Positions 57,975-64,000 of a DNA stretch of 64,000 nucleotides are shown piece by piece. How positions within the stretch are numbered: position 1 is the first letter of the stretch; each line of letters begins with the position of its first letter. This DNA is from Acidobacteriota bacterium. Lineage in GTDB: Bacteria > Acidobacteriota > UBA6911 > RPQK01 > JAJDTT01. The notes below the pieces were generated by a model. The model had not been told where the DNA came from and ran no database searches. It worked only from the letters and a program-made list of their open reading frames with translations. A program made the position numbers and the translations under genes. The DNA is taken from positions 256,001 to 320,000 of the forward strand of contig OZ253580.1 of assembly GCA_965263035.1 (NCBI GenBank), in the 5' to 3' direction.

Positions 57975-58684
57975 CCGTCGGCGCCGTGATTCCGGCAAAC
58001 GACGAAGAACAAAACATCGGCGCCGTCGTCAGAGCACTGCTGGACCTGCGCACGGAGAGCGGGCTCCCACTGATCGACGATCTGGTGGTGTGCGACAACG
58101 CTTCGGCAGACGAAACGGCACAGCGGGCAAGGCAGGCCGGCGCGCGCGTGGCCAGGGAGCCGACGCCGGGTTACGGTAGGGCTTGCCTGACGGCCATCGC
58201 GGCCCTGCGACCGGTGGACGTGATCCTGTTCGTCGACGGCGATCAGGCCTTCGACGTCCGCCAGTCCTGTGATCTACTGGCGCCGATCGCAGCCGGCGCC
58301 GACCTGGTCATCGGGTCCCGGGTCCTGGGACGGATGGAGCCGGGCGCCCTGTCGGTGCCGCAGGTCGCCGGCAACCGCGTGGCGAGCCTGCTGATCCGGT
58401 TGCTGTGGAGAGCGAGGATCACCGATCTGGGTCCGTTCCGGGCCATTCGGGCAGACGCGCTGCGGCGCCTGGAGATGCGGGACACCGCCTACGGCTGGAC
58501 GGTGGAGATGCAGGTCAAGGCGATCCAGTCTAGAATGCGCATGGTCGAGACCCCGGTCGACACACGGCGCCGGCGCTTCGGAAAATCGAAGGTCGGGGGA
58601 ACCGTCAGAGGCGTCATCGGGGCCGGCGTCGGAATCCTTTCCATGATCTTCGGCCTTTGGATTCGCGGTTGGACGCCAGTTTAG
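57959..58684 (+). CDS. Glycosyltransferase family 2 (polyprenol-phosphate glycosyltransferase-like)
   Basis: VIPANDEE, DNASAD, GYGRAC, FVDGD, GSR, TDLGPFRA, YGWTVEMQ. Confidence 0.9.
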   Translation: MYENLTVGAVIPANDEEQNIGAVVRALLDLRTESGLPLIDDLVVCDNASADETAQRARQAGARVAREPTPGYGRACLTAIAALRPVDVILFVDGDQAFDVRQSCDLLAPIAAGADLVIGSRVLGRMEPGALSVPQVAGNRVASLLIRLLWRARITDLGPFRAIRADALRRLEMRDTAYGWTVEMQVKAIQSRMRMVETPVDTRRRRFGKSKVGGTVRGVIGAGVGILSMIFGLWIRGWTPV

Positions 58685-58722
58685 ACGGCGCCCGTCCGCC
58701 ACGGCAAGGAGAACAAATCCCC

Positions 58723-59598
58723 ATGAGACGGATACGTTTACGGAACCCCATGGCTCCCTGGATGCTGTGCCGCCGCGTCGCCGCGGTTGTGATCGGTCTG
58801 ACCCTGATCAACGGCGCCGTGTCCGCGCAGAGCAAATCGAAGCCGATTCCGTTCTGGGACGCCAGTGACGAATCCAATACGTCCCAAATCGATCACAGTG
58901 CCTGGCAGGAGATCCTGGATACCTACCTCCAGACCCCCAGCTCGGGCATCAATCGATTCGACTACGCCGCCTTGAAGGCCAGCACCGAGGACACGGCCAA
59001 ACTGGCCGGATACCTGTCGTACCTGCAGGGCCTCGATCCCAGGACGAATTCCCGCCGGGAACAGAAGGCCTACTGGTTCAATCTCTACAATTCCCTGACC
59101 GTGCAGGTGGTGGTCGAAGCTTATCCCGTCGACTCGATCAAGAAGATCAGCAACAGCATGCTCGGCGGTTTGATTCCGGTCGGCCCCTGGGGCGACGTGC
59201 GGGCCATGGTCTGCGGCCAGGACCTGACCCTGGACAACATCGAACATGGCATCCTGCGGCCCATCTACCGCGATGCCCGGATTCACTATGGGGTGAACTG
59301 CGCTAGCCTCGGATGTCCGAATCTGATCGAGAAGGCCTTCAGCGCAGCAAATACGGAGACGTTGCTGGATGCTGGCGCCCGCGCCTATGTGAATCATTCC
59401 CGGGGCGTCGATTTCGTCGACGACGATTTCATCGTCATTTCCAGCATCTACACCTGGTTCTCGGAGGATTTCGGCGACACCGAGGAGAACGTGCTCAAAC
59501 ACTTGGCGCGTTATGCGGACGAGGAACTGGCGGAGCGCCTGAAGAAATTCGAGGGGGCAGTGGATTACGAATACGACTGGACGTTGAACCAGCCGTGA
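58723..59598 (+). CDS. DUF547 domain exported protein
   Basis: AYWFNLYN, TLDNIEHGILR, RIHYGVNCASLGCP, YDWTLN. Confidence 0.9.
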   Translation: MRRIRLRNPMAPWMLCRRVAAVVIGLTLINGAVSAQSKSKPIPFWDASDESNTSQIDHSAWQEILDTYLQTPSSGINRFDYAALKASTEDTAKLAGYLSYLQGLDPRTNSRREQKAYWFNLYNSLTVQVVVEAYPVDSIKKISNSMLGGLIPVGPWGDVRAMVCGQDLTLDNIEHGILRPIYRDARIHYGVNCASLGCPNLIEKAFSAANTETLLDAGARAYVNHSRGVDFVDDDFIVISSIYTWFSEDFGDTEENVLKHLARYADEELAERLKKFEGAVDYEYDWTLNQP

Positions 59599-59682
59599 AC
59601 GATGCCGGTCCGGGCCCAGGCAGCCCGCGGCGAAAGTCGTTACCACCTTCGTTGCGGGCCGCCGGCCCGATAGATCTTCGCT

Positions 59683-60558
59683 TTAGAACACTAGGTTGAG
59701 GGAGACGCCGATGACGTTGGAGACCGCCGTATTCCGCCCGGCGATCACCCTGCCGTACGAAGCTCCGATGTTGGCCCGGTCCGAAATGGCGATGCTCACC
59801 GAGGGACCGACAATATGGAAGTCTTCCTGCAGTTCGGGAAATACCATGGGAGAGAATCCCGGGCCTCCGATCTCTATACCGGACGTGGAATCCTCCATCT
59901 GATAGTTGAACGACACTCCGACCCGGCTTCCCACAACGACGCCGGCCGCCAGCCGGGCAAAGAGGTTGGGCGGGATGTCGTGGTCACTGGAGGTCCGGTT
60001 GCGGTAACCGAATTCTCCCGACACGGCAAAGCCGTTGTCGAGGTACTTGCCGATCAGCGCCGACACCTCGAAGCCGTTGCCCCCGTCTCCCAGAGAATTG
60101 ATGTAGCCGGTGTCATAGCCTCCGGCCACGATGACTCCGGCCCGAAAAGCGATGGTCGGCCCGTTGCTGACGACTTCGTCCAAGGCCCGCCACACCACGC
60201 CGGCATTGATGTCCGCCAAGCCGCTGATGCTGTCCTGGGACGGGGGCAGACCCGGCCCGGTGGCGTATGAGCTCTGGGCTCCGCCAAACCGGAAGTCCAG
60301 CGCCAAGGCATCGGTCAGACCATACGTTCCCTCCACCCAGACGGTCTTCTGGGAGAGATCGTGCCCCCCTCCGGGGGTCGGGCTCTTGGTAGTGCTGCGG
60401 AAGAACTCGGTGGCGTTCTGAGAAACGTAGGAAACTGTGAGAGAGCCTCCGCCGGGTGCGGGAAGCCAGGGCGAGCCGCCGGCGAACGCGGGTGACCCGT
60501 TGATTGCGATGGCCGCGGCAGCGGCCAAGACTAAGAGATGTTTTCGTTGCATTGCCAT
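59683..60558 (-). CDS. Outer-membrane beta-barrel protein (putative channel)
   Basis: Signal peptide, alternating amphipathic strands, C-terminal VSLNLVF. Confidence 0.75.
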   Translation of the reverse strand: MAMQRKHLLVLAAAAAIAINGSPAFAGGSPWLPAPGGGSLTVSYVSQNATEFFRSTTKSPTPGGGHDLSQKTVWVEGTYGLTDALALDFRFGGAQSSYATGPGLPPSQDSISGLADINAGVVWRALDEVVSNGPTIAFRAGVIVAGGYDTGYINSLGDGGNGFEVSALIGKYLDNGFAVSGEFGYRNRTSSDHDIPPNLFARLAAGVVVGSRVGVSFNYQMEDSTSGIEIGGPGFSPMVFPELQEDFHIVGPSVSIAISDRANIGASYGRVIAGRNTAVSNVIGVSLNLVF

Positions 60559-60611
60559 GTTCCTTGGTTAGGCTCGTTGATCGGAGCGGGTCAGCGTCGA
60601 GCTCGATGCCG

Positions 60612-60983
60612 TCACAGTTTGTAACGGCGCGTCAGGTAGTAGTGGACGAGTTCCTGTTCATCCACGCCGTCATCACACCCGACGGCCTCGAAACCCGGAC
60701 ACAGCACTTGGATGTTCCCATCGTCCGGCGTACCGGGCTTGTTCGCGGAGTCGCGGGCCTCGAAGCTGTTCTTCAAGTTCTGTGCGCGGGCCCGGTCGAG
60801 CTCCCCCTTCTGCAGCGGGCAGGACTTGCACGCCAACTTCTTGTAGGTGAGGGCCTTGCCCTTCGTGTATGCATCTCTGGGATTGATGCCCCGGCCAGCC
60901 GTAATGGAGCCGGACGCGGACAATGTGGCCGGCGCCAGCACACCAACCATGGCCACGACCAGTAAGCCGATCATCTTTTTCAT
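60612..60983 (-). CDS. Small exported protein with four cysteines
   Basis: RBS GAGGAG, signal peptide, CKSC and CPGFEAVGC. Confidence 0.75.
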   Translation of the reverse strand: MKKMIGLLVVAMVGVLAPATLSASGSITAGRGINPRDAYTKGKALTYKKLACKSCPLQKGELDRARAQNLKNSFEARDSANKPGTPDDGNIQVLCPGFEAVGCDDGVDEQELVHYYLTRRYKL

Positions 60984-61229
60984 CTGGTTTCTCCTCAATA
61001 AAGCGTCTTGGCCGATGGGGACCGCGACTCGTTTCTCAGCCTCGGAAACAAGTGATTTCGCATCGGCTCCTCCCCACCCTGCCGATGCGATATCAGTTTT
61101 TCAGATACTCATCGTAAACGATTATCGGTGTCGGTAATTGAAATATGTGAAACATAATCACGTGACAACACGATCAATCACCGGAATGGAGACCCGGTCG
61201 AATGTTTTGGCGACTATCGCAGTGGACCG

Positions 61230-61922
61230 TTACGGTGTTTCGCCCAATTGCATGGCGAGGAGGCCGAATTCGGGGATCCTTGCGGACTCTCTCAAATTGC
61301 GATGGAGGCAATTCTCCTCCATGCGTCGGAACAACTCCCGCGAGAGGTGCCTCTTGTAAATCTTCATCTCCTTCCTGACTTCGCTCCGGAGGCTCCGCAG
61401 CTGTTTCCGGTCCATCCCATCCCGGAGGACCTCCGCAACCAGGACCCCGATGTGGTTCAGATCCTGGTCGATCTGTTGCCCGTCGAGTTGTTCCCGAGCA
61501 CTGATTTCCTGCCTCAGGGACGACAACAGGCTCAAGGGCGCGTCGAAGTCTTCGGGACGTTCGCGGAGCGACGCCGTCAGTCGATCCACATGTTCGAGAA
61601 CGAGGGCGCCGTGCACTCCCCTGCCCTGCAAGTCATCCGGTTCACCCTCTTCATCTCCCGAGCCCACCATGGCCCGTTGATGCTCCTCGAAAGCCTGGGT
61701 CACGGCGGGATGGCAGTAGGAGAGACTTCTGGGCGAGGTCCTCCGCGACCGGGCGGTCTCGAAACTGCGGTCGATCCCTCGAATCACCACGTGTATGGGA
61801 ATCCCGCTGTTCTTCCACAATTCGATCAGACACCAATCCAGAGGGGGAACCAGCAGGTGCTTCTGCCGTCTCCGGATGAAGTGTTCCTCGACTTCCGTGA
61901 AGTAGTTGAAATAGTTATCCAA
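61230..61922 (-). CDS. Conserved hypothetical protein
   Basis: NYFNYFTEVEEHF...LDWCLIELW...GIP...RGID...YC; co-oriented after coaX. Confidence 0.75.
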   Translation of the reverse strand: MDNYFNYFTEVEEHFIRRRQKHLLVPPLDWCLIELWKNSGIPIHVVIRGIDRSFETARSRRTSPRSLSYCHPAVTQAFEEHQRAMVGSGDEEGEPDDLQGRGVHGALVLEHVDRLTASLRERPEDFDAPLSLLSSLRQEISAREQLDGQQIDQDLNHIGVLVAEVLRDGMDRKQLRSLRSEVRKEMKIYKRHLSRELFRRMEENCLHRNLRESARIPEFGLLAMQLGETP

Positions 61923-61976
61923 GACAGCCCTGCCGACGGTCCAGCGACCGCAGCCATTGACGGCGGCTCACCATTC

Positions 61977-62750
61977 TCAACCCGGGCTTCCGGACATGCG
62001 CTCGTGATAGATCCGGAGTCCGTACAAGGTCAGATTCTCCTCGATCAGGTCGATCCCCTCCGAGGCGCCGGCGATGAGGGGGGCCAGCCCTCCGGTAGCC
62101 ACGGTTCGGGCGCCAACCAACTCTTCCTTCATCCGTTTCAGGATTCCTTCCACCAGTCCCACGTAGCCATGGAAGAGGCCCGACTGGATGCTGCCGCTGG
62201 TGGAGGTTCCCACGACCTGCCCGGGGCGGGCAATCTCGATGCGCGGGAGCTTGGCCGTCCGGGCGAAGAGCGCTTCGGCCGAGATTCCGATCCCGGCGGC
62301 GATGACCCCGCCCACGTATTCCCCCCGGTCCGAGATGGCGTCGAAGGTGGTGGCGGTCCCGAAGTCGACGGCGATGGCCGGAGCGCCGACCAGATCCAGC
62401 GTGGCCAGCGAGTTGGCCACTCGATCGGCGCCCACGTCGGACTTTGGCTGATAACGGATGGGCAACAGGGATTGGCCCACGGGATCCACCATCAGGGGTT
62501 CACGGCCAATGTAACGGAGAGACAATTCCTTGAAACAGTCATTCAGCGGCGGAACCACACTGCAGACGGTGATGTCCTCCACCCGGTCCATCTGGACGCC
62601 CGCCATGCGGAAGAGATGGTCGCAGAGGGAGGCGTACTCGTCGACGGTCCGGTTCCTGCGGGTGGAGATCCGCCAGGAATGCTCCAGCGTCGTCCCGTGG
62701 AAGATTCCCAGGACGATGTTGGTGTTCCCGATGTCGATGACCAGCAACAT
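61977..62750 (-). CDS. coaX: Type III pantothenate kinase
   Basis: [28 protein letters not shown]. Confidence 0.96.
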   Translation of the reverse strand: MLLVIDIGNTNIVLGIFHGTTLEHSWRISTRRNRTVDEYASLCDHLFRMAGVQMDRVEDITVCSVVPPLNDCFKELSLRYIGREPLMVDPVGQSLLPIRYQPKSDVGADRVANSLATLDLVGAPAIAVDFGTATTFDAISDRGEYVGGVIAAGIGISAEALFARTAKLPRIEIARPGQVVGTSTSGSIQSGLFHGYVGLVEGILKRMKEELVGARTVATGGLAPLIAGASEGIDLIEENLTLYGLRIYHERMSGSPG

Positions 62751-62798
62751 GGAGGGGGTTCCGTGGGTCGGGCCGGACCGGCTGACCGGCCACTCCCG

Positions 62799-64000
62799 TC
62801 AATGTCTGAAGTGCCGCATGCCCGTAAAGACCATGGCCATTCCGTGCTCGTCCGCCGCCTCGATCACCTCCGCGTCCCGGACCGATCCTCCGGGCTGGAT
62901 CACCGCCGTGATCCCACTCTCGGCCGCCTCGTCCAGCCCGTCGCGGAAGGGGAAGAAGGCATCGCTGGCCATGCTGGCGCCTGCGGTCGAGCGCTGGGCT
63001 TTCTGAGCCGCCAGCCGAACCGAATCGACCCGGCTCATCTGGCCCGCTCCGATTCCCACGGTCTGGCCGCCTTCGGCGAAAACGATGGCATTGGACTTCA
63101 CGTGTTTGGCCACGGCCCAGGCGAAGAGCAGGTCCTGGAGTTCACCCGGCTCCGGCGGCCTGCGAGTCACCACCTTCAGATCGTCTGCCGTGGCCCGGAC
63201 CAGGTCCGCATCCTGGAGCAGGCAGGCCCCCGAAATCATCTTGAGGTCGAAACTCGGGGAAGAACTCTCCGATGATTGCGGCTCGAGCCGCATCACCCGG
63301 AGATTCTTCTTCCTGGCAAAGATCTCCAGGGCTCCCTGCGCGTAGGCCGGCGCGATGATGGCTTCCACGAACAGCGTCCGGGTCGCCTCCGCCGTGGCCG
63401 CGTCCACGGGCCGGTTGAAGGCCAGGATGGAACCGAAGGCCGAAACCGGATCGCACTCCAACGCCTTGACGTAGGCTTCCCGGGGATCGGCTCCCACCGC
63501 GGCGCCGCACGGGTTGTTGTGCTTGATGATGATACAGCACGTTTCCTCGAACTCGGAGACCAGACCCCAAGCTGCGTCCAGGTCCAGGTAGTTGTTGAAG
63601 GAGAGCTGCTTTCCCTGGAGCTGAACCGCCCCCGCCAGACCCTGGGGCGGACCGGCCGCCGGCCGGTAGATAGCGGCCCGCTGATGTGGATTCTCGCCAT
63701 ATCGCAAGAGGTCCTGCCGATCCAGGGAGAGGGTCACGGTGGCCGGAATTTCGGCTTCCGACCCGCTCTGCTGCTCCAGATACTGAGAGATGGCCGTGTC
63801 GTATTGAGCCGTATGCCGGAAGGCCTTCCGGGCCAGGGCCAGGCGGGTGGCCTCGCGCGTCTGCCCCCCATTCTCGGCCAGCTCAGCCAGCACGGACGTG
63901 TAATCCGACGGGTCCACCACGACGGTGACGTGGGCACAGTTCTTGGCCGCCGCGCGGACCATGCAGGGCCCGCCGATGTCGATCTGCTCGATGGCGTCCT
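62799..64000 (-). CDS. purH: AICAR transformylase/IMP cyclohydrolase (5' part outside window)
   Basis: [47 protein letters not shown]. Confidence 0.97.
   Translation of the reverse strand, partial: DAIEQIDIGGPCMVRAAAKNCAHVTVVVDPSDYTSVLAELAENGGQTREATRLALARKAFRHTAQYDTAISQYLEQQSGSEAEIPATVTLSLDRQDLLRYGENPHQRAAIYRPAAGPPQGLAGAVQLQGKQLSFNNYLDLDAAWGLVSEFEETCCIIIKHNNPCGAAVGADPREAYVKALECDPVSAFGSILAFNRPVDAATAEATRTLFVEAIIAPAYAQGALEIFARKKNLRVMRLEPQSSESSSPSFDLKMISGACLLQDADLVRATADDLKVVTRRPPEPGELQDLLFAWAVAKHVKSNAIVFAEGGQTVGIGAGQMSRVDSVRLAAQKAQRSTAGASMASDAFFPFRDGLDEAAESGITAVIQPGGSVRDAEVIEAADEHGMAMVFTGMRHFRH

Noticed and set aside
61144-61161. CRP/FNR site TGTGA...TCACG
   Set aside because: Spacer is 7 nt rather than the canonical 6

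Overview
GC-rich bacterial chromosomal window, most likely Acidobacteriota (inferred from five VWA-domain paralogues of the Acidobacteria-type VWFA family). It is mostly housekeeping genes: purA, trxA, rsmA, rnj, ftsK, ilvE, alaS, an amidase, ggt, ribBX/ribE, rluB-scpB-scpA-trpS, ccsA-hemACD, gcvTHP, comEC, coaX and a partial purH. The intergenic spaces carry many small non-autonomous repeats, and no transposase or reverse transcriptase is encoded in the window. The top finding is an intact-looking, ORF-less 630-nt group IIC intron (55840-56469, minus strand) inserted exactly behind a REP hairpin. Its predicted EBS1 (GAGC) is complementary to the REP tail (GCTC), and a probable collapsed relic of a second such intron lies behind another REP tail (37440-37469). 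Other highlights: two ~160-bp TA-targeting MITE families, one with an ERIC-like core and compensatory stem changes; a 143-bp dispersed repeat bracketed by heptamer runs; a Cys-rich leader ORF whose Asp-Pro-Pro codons are the anti-Shine-Dalgarno of a downstream OprC-like TonB-dependent receptor; an AbiEii-like toxin cassette; twin ECF-type promoters; and a GT87/GT2/DUF547/beta-barrel accessory cluster. All calls were made by eye from sequence and motifs; no searches were run.
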